This document shows positions 41,334 through 49,544 of a DNA stretch of 64,000 nt, in pieces. The position numbers were made by a program, and so were the translations under genes. The notes under the pieces are model-generated. The model saw only the letters and a list, made by a program, of their open reading frames with translations, was not told where the DNA came from and searched no databases. The stretch is taken from positions 5,593 to 69,592 of the forward strand of contig CAZXOA010000003.1 of assembly GCA_964642275.1 (NCBI GenBank), written 5' to 3'. This DNA comes from an uncultured Candidatus Saccharibacteria bacterium. GTDB taxonomy: Bacteria > Patescibacteriota > Saccharimonadia > Saccharimonadales > JACDBH01. How positions within the stretch are numbered: position 1 is the stretch's first letter; each line of letters starts with the position of its first letter.

Positions 41334-41684
41334 ATGCTCTCACAGATCAATCGATTCCATGGTCACGGCAGCGTCCGCCGGGCGTATCGGACGGGCACAC
41401 CGGTTCGCGGCGGTGCAATGAGCCTGCATGTCGTAAAGGGCGAGCACGTCAAAAAAACCCACGTTGCAGTTGTTGTCAGTCGAAAGATCCACAAATCAGC
41501 CGTCAAGCGCAACCGGATCCGCCGCCGGATTTATGAAATTATGCGCCGCCGCATTGACTCATGGCGGACCCCCTGCGAGGTAGTCGTAACCATCTATCAG
41601 CCCGACATTATCCACATGCCGTCCCCGGAGCTCGAAAAAACAATCGACGATCTGCTTCGCCGGGCACACATATCCCAAAAATGA
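41334..41684 (+). CDS. rnpA: ribonuclease P protein component
   Basis: 116 aa. Basic, with the KSAVKRNRIRRRIYEIMRRR RNR-type motif. Position after rpmH. Confidence 0.9.
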   Translation: MLSQINRFHGHGSVRRAYRTGTPVRGGAMSLHVVKGEHVKKTHVAVVVSRKIHKSAVKRNRIRRRIYEIMRRRIDSWRTPCEVVVTIYQPDIIHMPSPELEKTIDDLLRRAHISQK

Positions 41685-41707
41685 CCAGCAGAGGCCAGCG
41701 CTCATGC

Positions 41708-41736
41708 TTGGTCTCATGATGTAAAACAGATATAAT
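41708..41736 (+). promoter_or_regulatory. promoter upstream of yidC leader
   Basis: TTGGTC (41708-41713), 17 nt, TATAAT (41731-41736). Confidence 0.5.
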
Positions 41737-41742
41737 TGAACC

Positions 41743-41896
41743 ACTAGTAGTCACCAGTCCTGGTATTGCCTGGGGTTAAAGCCAGGCCCCACAGCGAAGC
41801 TCGCTCATACGGTGGGCAGCACTGGGAGCCCGGGGTTCCGCCTAGAGCACGCCGAGCTTGTGACTTCTGCATAATTTACCAAAGGGGGTCTGCCTC
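41743..41896 (+). ncRNA. GC-rich structured 5' leader of yidC, or an independent small RNA (~150 nt), family unknown
   Basis: Hairpins ACCA-GTCC-TGGT, GCCTGG-GGTTAAAG-CCAGGC, CCCAC-[AGCGA-AGC-TCGCT]-CATACG-GTGGG. Visibly GC-richer than its surroundings. Ends at SD AAAGGGGG and the yidC GTG. Confidence 0.35.
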
Positions 41897-42880
41897 GTGT
41901 TCACAACGTTTATTGTCCAGCCAATCTTTAACCTCTTGGTTGCTATTTACGCAATCTTGCCAGGGCACAATTTTGGCATCGCAATTATCCTCTTTACTAT
42001 CACGGTACGGCTGCTTATGTGGCCGTTGGTCAAAAAACAGCTGCGCAACGCCAAGATGATGCGAAGCCTCCAGCCCGAACTCAAGCGGATCAAGCAAGAG
42101 ACAAAGGGTGATCGCCAGCGGGAGTCGGTCCTGGTTATGGAGCTTTATAAAGAGCGCGGTGTCAGCCCGTTCGGCTCCATCGGTATTCTGCTGCTGCAGC
42201 TGCCGATCCTGATTGGTTTGTACGCCGGCCTCCAGAAGATTATCCAGGATCCAAACCAGATCGTCAGTTTTGCGTATCCTTTTCTGCAGAATTTATCCTG
42301 GATGCAAGAGCTCGCCACAGATATAAGCAAGCTCGATGCGACACTGTTCGGCGTGGTAAACCTCAAGCAGTCGGCGCTCAACCCAGAAGGTATCTACTGG
42401 CCGGCTATGGTGCTGGTGCTCGGCAGTGCGGTGACGCAGTTTTATCAGAGCAAGCAGCTCATGCCCAATGACAAAGATGCCCGCAAGCTCCGCCATATCC
42501 TGCGTGACGCCAGCAAAGGCACAGAGGCAGATCAATCAGAGGTCAATGCCGCAGTTGGTCGCAGTACCCGCTACTTTATCCCCGTGCTCATCTTCTTTTT
42601 TACCGTCAATATCGCTTCGGCGCTGAGTCTTTACTGGTTGGTGAGCGGACTCGTTGCTATGATCCAGCAGGCCCGCGTGCTCAAAGACGATGAAGTAGAG
42701 ATAACCAGAACCCTACACAAAGACGACAAAAAGCCAAAAGCCGGCCGCAAAAAAGTCGCTTCTACGGCCCGTGTTGTCTCGGTTACTACAGAGAAAGACA
42801 CTGATACAAAAACAGCGGCTCCAAAGCCAAAATCCAGCAAGAAGTCATCCTCAAAATCAGCTAAAAAGAGGAGGAAGTAA
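41897..42880 (+). CDS. yidC: membrane protein insertase YidC (short, Gram-positive type) with Lys-rich C-terminal tail
   Basis: 327 aa, GTG start. Multi-TM with ...LLMWPLVKKQLRNAKMMRSLQPELKRIKQ... Tail KKSSSKSAKKRRK. Synteny rnpA-yidC-jag. Confidence 0.9.
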   Translation: MFTTFIVQPIFNLLVAIYAILPGHNFGIAIILFTITVRLLMWPLVKKQLRNAKMMRSLQPELKRIKQETKGDRQRESVLVMELYKERGVSPFGSIGILLLQLPILIGLYAGLQKIIQDPNQIVSFAYPFLQNLSWMQELATDISKLDATLFGVVNLKQSALNPEGIYWPAMVLVLGSAVTQFYQSKQLMPNDKDARKLRHILRDASKGTEADQSEVNAAVGRSTRYFIPVLIFFFTVNIASALSLYWLVSGLVAMIQQARVLKDDEVEITRTLHKDDKKPKAGRKKVASTARVVSVTTEKDTDTKTAAPKPKSSKKSSSKSAKKRRK

Positions 42881-42989
42881 TGGTTGAAGCAAGGGAAAAG
42901 AGCAGCCAAAGTTTGGATTCATTCCAAACCTTGCGCGATGAGAAAAACCGCAAGGTTTGTCTCATAGTCGAGACGAGGAGGAAATAATC

Positions 42990-43484
42990 ATGGAAGAATC
43001 AATTTTATACGCCAAGCGATATCTCGAAGACATTCTGTCGTTCTTCGGGCTTAATACCGATGTCTACGCCACCGCAGACGAAGAGGTCATAGAGCTGTCG
43101 ATTCCCTCGACCCACCTCAACGGCTTCCTTATCGGCCAGCGTGGCGATACCATGCGCGCCCTGCAATTTATGGTCAGCCAGGCACTCCGCAACCAGGGGT
43201 ACGAATACGTACGCGTCAATGTCGATGTAGCAGACTACAAAAAACAGCGTGCCGAGCGCCTTGCCGAAACCGCCCAAGATTGGATTAACAAGGTTAAAGA
43301 CTCAGGCGAAGAATTTGCCCTGCGCCCCATGAGTGCCGCCGACAGGCGTATCGTGCACAAGGTTGCTTCAGAAGCGGGCCTCACCACCGAATCTGTCGGC
43401 GAGGGCAGAGACAGGCATATTGTCCTGAAGCCGGGCGAAGCCGCTGCTAACAGCGAAGAGCCAGCCGAGCCCTCAGAAGAGTAG
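42990..43484 (+). CDS. jag: Jag/KhpB-like RNA-binding protein (KH + R3H)
   Basis: ATG 42990 preceded by GAGGAGGAAATAATC. R3H region MSAADRRIVHKVASEAGLTTESVGEGRDRHIVLKP. Confidence 0.85.
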   Translation: MEESILYAKRYLEDILSFFGLNTDVYATADEEVIELSIPSTHLNGFLIGQRGDTMRALQFMVSQALRNQGYEYVRVNVDVADYKKQRAERLAETAQDWINKVKDSGEEFALRPMSAADRRIVHKVASEAGLTTESVGEGRDRHIVLKPGEAAANSEEPAEPSEE

Positions 43485-43499
43485 ACTCCAGTCTCACAA

Positions 43500-43529
43500 C
43501 TTGACAAAAGCACAAGTATTATGCTATAA
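43500..43529 (+). promoter_or_regulatory. near-consensus promoter for candidate sRNA
   Basis: TTGACA (43500-43505), 18 nt, TGcTATAAT (43521-43529). Confidence 0.6.
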
Positions 43530-43535
43530 TGGAAG

Positions 43536-43658
43536 GATAGAGAGCGTGCAAAGTAAGTTTACTTACGCTGCACCGAACGTGTTTCATTATCCCCTCTCGG
43601 GCATAATGAAAATATAGGGTGCTGTGTGCCCAAAAACCGCCACCCCTGGCGGTTTTTC
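43536..43658 (+). ncRNA. candidate ~120-nt small RNA, family unknown
   Basis: Bounded by the promoter above and terminator ACCGCCA-CCCC-TGGCGGT+TTTT (43636-43657). Internal hairpins GTGCA-AA-GTAAGT-TT-ACTTAC-GC-TGCAC and TTCATTATCCC-CTCTC-GGGCATAATGAA. No ORF. Confidence 0.45.
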
Positions 43659-43681
43659 TTCTGGGGTGTATAATTCTGCTT

Positions 43682-43894
43682 ATGACAGAATATCTTCAAC
43701 TTTTCGCCGGTTGGGATTTCACCTCTAACCAACGTGCAGTTTTGGGCTTCATAATCTTTGTCCTTCCAGTGGTCATAATACTTCTAATCATTGGTATTCT
43801 AACTAAGAAAAAGTACATACTTTGGCCAGCTATAGTACTCTTGGTTGTATATGTCGTAGTTTTTACTATTGTTGCACCGCCAATGTTTAAGTAG
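43682..43894 (+). CDS. small two-TM membrane protein (70 aa)
   Basis: MTEYLQLFAGWDF... with helices AVLGFIIFVLPVVIILLIIGIL and ILWPAIVLLVVYVVVFTIVA. TATAAT (43669-43674) lies 7 nt before the ATG. The track start at 43619 would run through the terminator. Confidence 0.55.
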   Translation: MTEYLQLFAGWDFTSNQRAVLGFIIFVLPVVIILLIIGILTKKKYILWPAIVLLVVYVVVFTIVAPPMFK

Positions 43895-43896
43895 AG

Positions 43897-46503
43897 CTAG
43901 TTTTCCTTGATGTGGAACTTTCGATATCCGAGCGGGGCTAGTGCTAAGATAATTGCGCACAGCACCACTACTATAAAAGATTGTGAGTGGTTAGTTTTTG
44001 TCGTTTCATCGTGGGTGGAGGATTGGGTGTTTGGCATAAAATCTCTTGTGTCAGACTCCATCACATCATCGGTTGTTGTACCGAAGACTTTTGTTGTGGA
44101 GTCGGTGGCTGGAGACGCGGTTGCGTGATGTTGTGCGGAGCTATCTTTTACAAAAGAATTTCTCACCCTGTCATTACATGCATCATCGGCACCATTTTGA
44201 TCAAAATCTTCGTGCAACGGAGTGATGAATTCTCCACAAACCTCTTCATCTATCCCTATGCCGTCTCCGTCGTAATCATCACTCTCTGCATATACAAGAA
44301 CAAACTGTCGTAGACTAACGGGCTCACCGCTCTCGTCCACCCCGTCAATACGGAGTTCGTGCATGCCAGGGGGTGTATTGGCAGGAATGGTGAGGCTTGC
44401 CTCAATAGTTCCGTCCTCGCGGACCGTGCCCTCGCCAAGATCGGTCGGATCTGACATAAGAACAAAACGTACTGTTGAGTTTGGACCGTGTACAATAGCT
44501 TCTTTTACAACCCTCACAATAAAAGGTATGCCACGTTGTACAAATGCATTATCGACGATTACGTTGTATCTGATACGGTGGACAATTCCGTTGCGTTTCG
44601 GAACATTAAGGAATGGATAATTGTATGGTTCAGGCACCTCGGCATATGAGCTGGCTCTCGGCATCCCCTTTCTTAAGCTGTTTGTCTGCTCAAGTACTTT
44701 TTCACCGAGTAACCTCTGACCAAGGCTGTTCGGGTGGTAGGAGCTGTTACTAAAGGGGCCAATTCCCATAAGTGGCGCTTCATTACCAAAGGTTAGCCCA
44801 TTCATTGCAGAGGTCCTATATGGGCTCCCGCATAGTTTATAGTCACCAAGAGCATTCTCAACCCCAACATAAAACGCACCGGCCTCTCTAGCTGCCTCAC
44901 GAATTACAGCGTTGAAATATGTGATGAGCTCGGTAATCATTTGTCTTTGATATGGATTGAAATTTACATTGGCATCACACTTCGCATTCTCACTAAAATT
45001 AACAATCTGAGGGTATCCGACGACATATAGTCGCCTTTTATTGATACCAGTGCCGAGAATTGCCTTATACATAGAAACTAAACGAGGATATTGATCCTTT
45101 ACTTCGTTGGCAATCTCAAGACGTTCTTCATAGCTGTTATAGCAGTGCACCGACAGCATTAGACAGTACGTAAGTTTATCAACAAACCCTATGTCATTAC
45201 CCGACATGGTGATAGTGACTATGTCTGCATTTGATAATGTATTTATTTGGGGTACTGTGCCCGGGAACATTGGTCCGTAAGGAGTGGGTGTAAGGGGTTT
45301 CTGTGCCCATTGCCAGAAGTTCTCGATCTTTGCACCAGAGCAGGCGACAGAAAAGAAGGAGTCGACACTTGCTCGATTAGCAACATAGTAAGGGTATGAT
45401 TTAGTAGAAGTGTGACAAGTATTGATGTGTTGATTCGCGGTGTCCGTCCCGTACAGGTAGTTTCCAGCTCCTTCTCCTGAGGCAAACGAATCACCAAGTG
45501 CAACATAATGACTGGTGCGCTTAACCTGGGGGTCTTGCATGATAGTTTCGCTTCCATCAGGGGAGCGCAGACCAAGGATGCCATCTTCATAGAAATAAGG
45601 CATTGAGTTCGAAATCTTGGACCAATATTCGCTGTCAAAGTCCTGTCTTACTGTCATGGCACACGTCGCTTCTTCTGGAATTCGAATCCTATCTAGAGAA
45701 GTTGTACAACCCTGCGTGTCCAAGACGATAAAGTGTGTGCCGTAATTGTTTATGGCAATGTATCGACCACTATCTGATATTCCAATGGCCGCATAATGTG
45801 AATCGGCTTCGGATAACACGCGATAAGTTGCGAATTTCATGTGCACAAGGTCAACACGAATAATCCATCCAGTATCGTTCCAGACGACCATCCAACGCCC
45901 GTCGTTGGAGTAGTTTACCCGAGCATAAGTAACTGAAGGGCTAAATTCATAATCACCACCATCTTCATATCTAAATTCCAAGCTTGCAGGATTATTCCAA
46001 CTGTAGTCATTCGGGTAGCCTCGTTGAAAAGTATACTCAAGGGCTGTGTCTCGACGCAGTTTTGCTGAATTACTGCCATCGTTTGACCATTCTAAGAGCG
46101 TACCCATATTCATGGTTGGGTAGACAAGGGTTTGCGAACCATCGGTAAAACCACCATATTCACTATCAGTTGCCTTATAGCCACTGCCACCATACAGAAA
46201 CCAGCCCGCGCCGGTCTTGTACCAGCATTGGTCTGTATAGTTATATTCACTAGCAATCTCGACAGACGCCTCGCCCTCACACTTTAACGTGCCATATATA
46301 TCTTGTTTTAGGTTAGTGCTCTCGGCCATCGCATGTGCTTCCATGGAGTCTGCATAGGTTATCTCGGGCTGGTTTAAGAAATCAGTCCAGAGGTCAGGCT
46401 GGTCATCTGCAGAGGTAATCGTCGAGTTTGTCGTAAGAAACAGGGCCGTGATAAAGAGGGGAAGTATCAACAATCTTGGTAGATGAGTGAGTATCTTGCG
46501 CAT
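43897..46503 (-). CDS. large secreted, C-terminally membrane-anchored protein with central SGNH/GDSL hydrolase domain (868 aa)
   Basis: Signal peptide. N-terminal beta-rich region. SGNH blocks YVALGDSFASGEG, TITMSGNDIGF, SSYHPNS. Ig-like segment, acidic DDYDGDGIGIDEE, C-terminal TM FIVVVLCAIILALAPLGY. SD GGGAGG. Confidence 0.8.
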   Translation of the reverse strand: MRKILTHLPRLLILPLFITALFLTTNSTITSADDQPDLWTDFLNQPEITYADSMEAHAMAESTNLKQDIYGTLKCEGEASVEIASEYNYTDQCWYKTGAGWFLYGGSGYKATDSEYGGFTDGSQTLVYPTMNMGTLLEWSNDGSNSAKLRRDTALEYTFQRGYPNDYSWNNPASLEFRYEDGGDYEFSPSVTYARVNYSNDGRWMVVWNDTGWIIRVDLVHMKFATYRVLSEADSHYAAIGISDSGRYIAINNYGTHFIVLDTQGCTTSLDRIRIPEEATCAMTVRQDFDSEYWSKISNSMPYFYEDGILGLRSPDGSETIMQDPQVKRTSHYVALGDSFASGEGAGNYLYGTDTANQHINTCHTSTKSYPYYVANRASVDSFFSVACSGAKIENFWQWAQKPLTPTPYGPMFPGTVPQINTLSNADIVTITMSGNDIGFVDKLTYCLMLSVHCYNSYEERLEIANEVKDQYPRLVSMYKAILGTGINKRRLYVVGYPQIVNFSENAKCDANVNFNPYQRQMITELITYFNAVIREAAREAGAFYVGVENALGDYKLCGSPYRTSAMNGLTFGNEAPLMGIGPFSNSSYHPNSLGQRLLGEKVLEQTNSLRKGMPRASSYAEVPEPYNYPFLNVPKRNGIVHRIRYNVIVDNAFVQRGIPFIVRVVKEAIVHGPNSTVRFVLMSDPTDLGEGTVREDGTIEASLTIPANTPPGMHELRIDGVDESGEPVSLRQFVLVYAESDDYDGDGIGIDEEVCGEFITPLHEDFDQNGADDACNDRVRNSFVKDSSAQHHATASPATDSTTKVFGTTTDDVMESDTRDFMPNTQSSTHDETTKTNHSQSFIVVVLCAIILALAPLGYRKFHIKEN

Positions 46504-46595
46504 TTTCGCCTCCCAGAGAAAACACTAACGATATTATGCACAAAATACACTAAAGTTATAAATATAGCAATAAAATTATATGATAGTTCTAAAGG

Positions 46596-47804
46596 TTAAA
46601 GCAAGTGCTGCTGCTCTCTGTACCAATACCGCAACTGGTAAACACCGGTCTCCATAACCCTATAAGAAATATTGTCGGGCACCGCCGCTGAGGCATGGGT
46701 AAGTAAGCCTGCGCCCTCAAGCTCAGAAAAGAGGGCGGTGACAGAGTCCACAGCAGGGTACTGGACGTCTGGGGTGGTTCTATTGTGTACAGTACCCAGG
46801 GCATCAATCAAGAACGATACAGTCCAAAGGTGTTTCTCGATGGGTTTACGGGTTTCCACTCTGGCTATAAGAGGGAGAAGCACTTCGGCATTCTTTGTTC
46901 TTTTGGCAGTTAGTTGTTCATATTGTTTTAGTATTTCGGCCTGGGCTTGGTCTTGGCGGGCGACGATCAATGCGTACTCGGCATCGAAGTCGTCAATCTT
47001 TTGCTGCGCCAAATGACCAAATCCCGCATCAAGCGCTACGATTGCATCATAAAATTTCCCATACCAGTTAAATTTCTGCCGAACAGTATCTATATATGAA
47101 TCTCCAAAAAATTCCCTCAGTCCATCCTCGTCTGGTATCTGAAACCTCCCATTTGAATAAGGTGCCAATCTGTTGACATCATCCCAGGAGGTGGCTCGTG
47201 TCTCGATAGTATTCAGTAGGTCGAGCTGAGCTTTCTCAAGGAGGATAACAACTCTTTTGTGGCCGAAGTTTGCGGACCGTGGTTCGCACGAGATGCTCGT
47301 CTCATCTCGCTCATCAAGTGCTGCTTTAAGTCCGGCAAGAAGAGTCTGCTTGTCCGTCGGAAGGAGGAAAACACGGCCACCTACAGGTATCTCTGAGGCG
47401 TCCAACATATCTTCGACGTAATTGGCGCAGTAGCTCTCGTGTATCTCCTCTAGCTCTTCCAGCTTATCTAGTGCTACGCCAAGATCCGTGACTCGTTCCA
47501 TGTATTCATGCTGGCTATACTTTTTGTCTAAGGCTCGCAAAGAATCAATCTCTTTCATAGCATGGCTCGTCCGCGAGCCATGCTGGAGCCGTGCATATTC
47601 AGTCTCTTCTAGTCTGTAAAAGATATCTTCAAATGTACGTTCGGCCTGGCCTTTACGGTGTATAAAGGAAAATGCGCAGAGCATAATGGAAAAGGCAAGC
47701 ACAAGACTTAGTATGACAACTGGCTTTCTAGACATATTACTAGGGTAAATGGTAATAAACGTAACCACAAATACAAATATGAAGAAGCCAGCAAGGCTGC
47801 CCAT
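46596..47804 (-). CDS. hypothetical N-terminally anchored protein (402 aa)
   Basis: ORF track. One or two N-terminal hydrophobic segments, then a helical, acidic region. No family recognised. Confidence 0.6.
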   Translation of the reverse strand: MGSLAGFFIFVFVVTFITIYPSNMSRKPVVILSLVLAFSIMLCAFSFIHRKGQAERTFEDIFYRLEETEYARLQHGSRTSHAMKEIDSLRALDKKYSQHEYMERVTDLGVALDKLEELEEIHESYCANYVEDMLDASEIPVGGRVFLLPTDKQTLLAGLKAALDERDETSISCEPRSANFGHKRVVILLEKAQLDLLNTIETRATSWDDVNRLAPYSNGRFQIPDEDGLREFFGDSYIDTVRQKFNWYGKFYDAIVALDAGFGHLAQQKIDDFDAEYALIVARQDQAQAEILKQYEQLTAKRTKNAEVLLPLIARVETRKPIEKHLWTVSFLIDALGTVHNRTTPDVQYPAVDSVTALFSELEGAGLLTHASAAVPDNISYRVMETGVYQLRYWYREQQHLL

Positions 47805-48038
47805 TTCATTGTTATAACATGTGTTTTTTCAGCCCAGTACACATGCAGTGGATAAACAGCGGTATCATCTGTTAAACTGCAATAAAAATGTATTGTATAA
47901 TATAGTATTCTTTCAGCCATTGAGTGTCGACATAAGCGGAAATTTAGTGAAATCGTTTGTAACTTTTGTTAAGCTTCATTCAACAATATGAACAGCTACA
48001 CCAAATTCCTGAGATTTCTTCTTTGACTTCAGCTTGCT

Positions 48039-48293
48039 ATGCATTTTGCATGGTTTGGGATATTGCTCAATGCGATGAAGCCAAATGCTCCCTATATGTC
48101 AGGACTTGGAGCGATGCTGCCTATGATTATCTATTTCGGCCTTTGTTTTATCACTGTTCCAATGACCATCTTCTACCTCTATAAGTTGATATCTGGTAAG
48201 TGGGAAGGCGTTGACACCTGGATAATGGTGCTCATCGTCATGCTCGTTGTAGGTGTTCTTACATACGATGCACAGATCGATTTTCTAACCTAG
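48039..48293 (+). CDS. small membrane protein (84 aa)
   Basis: ORF track. Three hydrophobic segments (e.g. LGAMLPMIIYFGLCFITVPMTIFYLY, WIMVLIVMLVVGVLTY). Confidence 0.45.
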   Translation: MHFAWFGILLNAMKPNAPYMSGLGAMLPMIIYFGLCFITVPMTIFYLYKLISGKWEGVDTWIMVLIVMLVVGVLTYDAQIDFLT

Positions 48294-48340
48294 AACAGAG
48301 GGCAGGGGACAAAGCCCGAGAAGGTAAGATATGGCGGCTA

Positions 48341-49489
48341 TCACTTAGTGAGCACCGACTCGTAGACAAAGAAAGTTTGTTTTGCCATTTTTTCCCAAGA
48401 AAACAAGAGCAGGCGCTTATCCCCTAGTGTTCGTAATTTGTCCGCTAGCTTTGAATCTGTCAGAATTTGGTTAACTACAACAGCCATTGCGTGAATGTCA
48501 AACGGGTCGAAATAAAGCGCCGCCTCGCCGTATACCTCTGGCATACAGGTATTGTTGCTGGCAGCAACTGGCGCCCGGTGCGCCATAGCTTCGAGGCCCG
48601 GCAAACCAAAGCCTTCGCTCAGGCTTGGCAGCACGTAGCATGCGGTATTTTCGTACAGCCACTTGAGTTCCCTGTCGTCGACAAAACCTGGCGTGACAAC
48701 ATCGCTGCTGAATGCATTGGCGGCAAGACTGGCGTCGAAATCTGCCTTGAACTGACCCTTCATCTTGCCTGGCAAAACCAGCTGCAGATCTGGCTGATCA
48801 GCTTTGAGGAGCTCAAAAGCTTGCAGGAGACGGTCGAGGTTCTTATGCGGGAATGGTGCTCCTACATGCATGATGAATGGCCTTTTCACCCCTTTTATCG
48901 GCTTAGACTTCTCTTTTAGCGGCGGCTCGCTTGATTCATGGGTGACTACCAGCCGCCCGCTCGTAAACGGGTGCATAGTAAAAACGTCCCTTCCGACGAA
49001 ACGAGTTGGTACGATGATACGGTTGGACTTGCGGTGGCTTTGCCAGTACATAAATCGGAGCAGCCAAATGCCAATACGATGCATGATCGGGTTAAAGCGG
49101 CTGGCCCGCGTGTGGCGGAACATGGTGAGGTCGTGCGTGGTAGTGACTATCTTGCCAAAGTACAGAAACGGTTGCTGTGTCATGGTGAAATGCACCAGAT
49201 CCGGCTTGAGTTTATAGAGCAGGCGGGCAAACTTGATTTGCTGGAGAGGGTTAAAGGAGAACTGGGCAAAGGGAATTTGCATGGTTGTGAAGTTGGAACT
49301 GGTCATTTTCCAGTCGTCGTCAGCTTCGACCAAAATGGTGTAGCGGTTGGTTTTGTCGATGTTTTGCAGGTGGGTCACGAGCCTGTCGGTGTAGCGGCCG
49401 GTGCTGGAGCGCCGAATGCGCGCATCAATAACGATATGCCTTGCGGCAATATTTGATAGCTGAGGTTTGATATTTGAGGATTTATGCAT
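48341..49489 (-). CDS. glycosyltransferase, GT4-like (GT-B fold)
   Basis: 382 aa. C-terminal ...YVLPSLSEGFGLPGLEAMAHRAPVAASN... is the EX7E-type motif region of the Glycos_transf_1 family. Confidence 0.85.
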   Translation of the reverse strand: MHKSSNIKPQLSNIAARHIVIDARIRRSSTGRYTDRLVTHLQNIDKTNRYTILVEADDDWKMTSSNFTTMQIPFAQFSFNPLQQIKFARLLYKLKPDLVHFTMTQQPFLYFGKIVTTTHDLTMFRHTRASRFNPIMHRIGIWLLRFMYWQSHRKSNRIIVPTRFVGRDVFTMHPFTSGRLVVTHESSEPPLKEKSKPIKGVKRPFIMHVGAPFPHKNLDRLLQAFELLKADQPDLQLVLPGKMKGQFKADFDASLAANAFSSDVVTPGFVDDRELKWLYENTACYVLPSLSEGFGLPGLEAMAHRAPVAASNNTCMPEVYGEAALYFDPFDIHAMAVVVNQILTDSKLADKLRTLGDKRLLLFSWEKMAKQTFFVYESVLTK

Positions 49490-49544
49490 AAATGTATCTC
49501 ATTAATCCGGCCTAGAGCGAACCGTGTGAGACAATTATACCCGA

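Noticed and set aside
41743-41896. SRP (4.5S) RNA or RNase P RNA assignment for the yidC-upstream structured segment
   Set aside because: It contains an AGCA-bearing internal loop. However, it lacks the GNRA-capped helix-8 layout and end-to-end pairing of SRP RNA. It is also far too short for RNase P RNA and lacks GAGGAAAGTCC. The family is left open.
41766-42059. 97-aa ORF between rnpA and yidC, considered as YidD
   Set aside because: It overlaps yidC out-of-frame, is Arg/Ser/Pro-rich and lacks the YidD C-x-F-x-P-(S/T)-C-S motif. The region is better explained as structured RNA.
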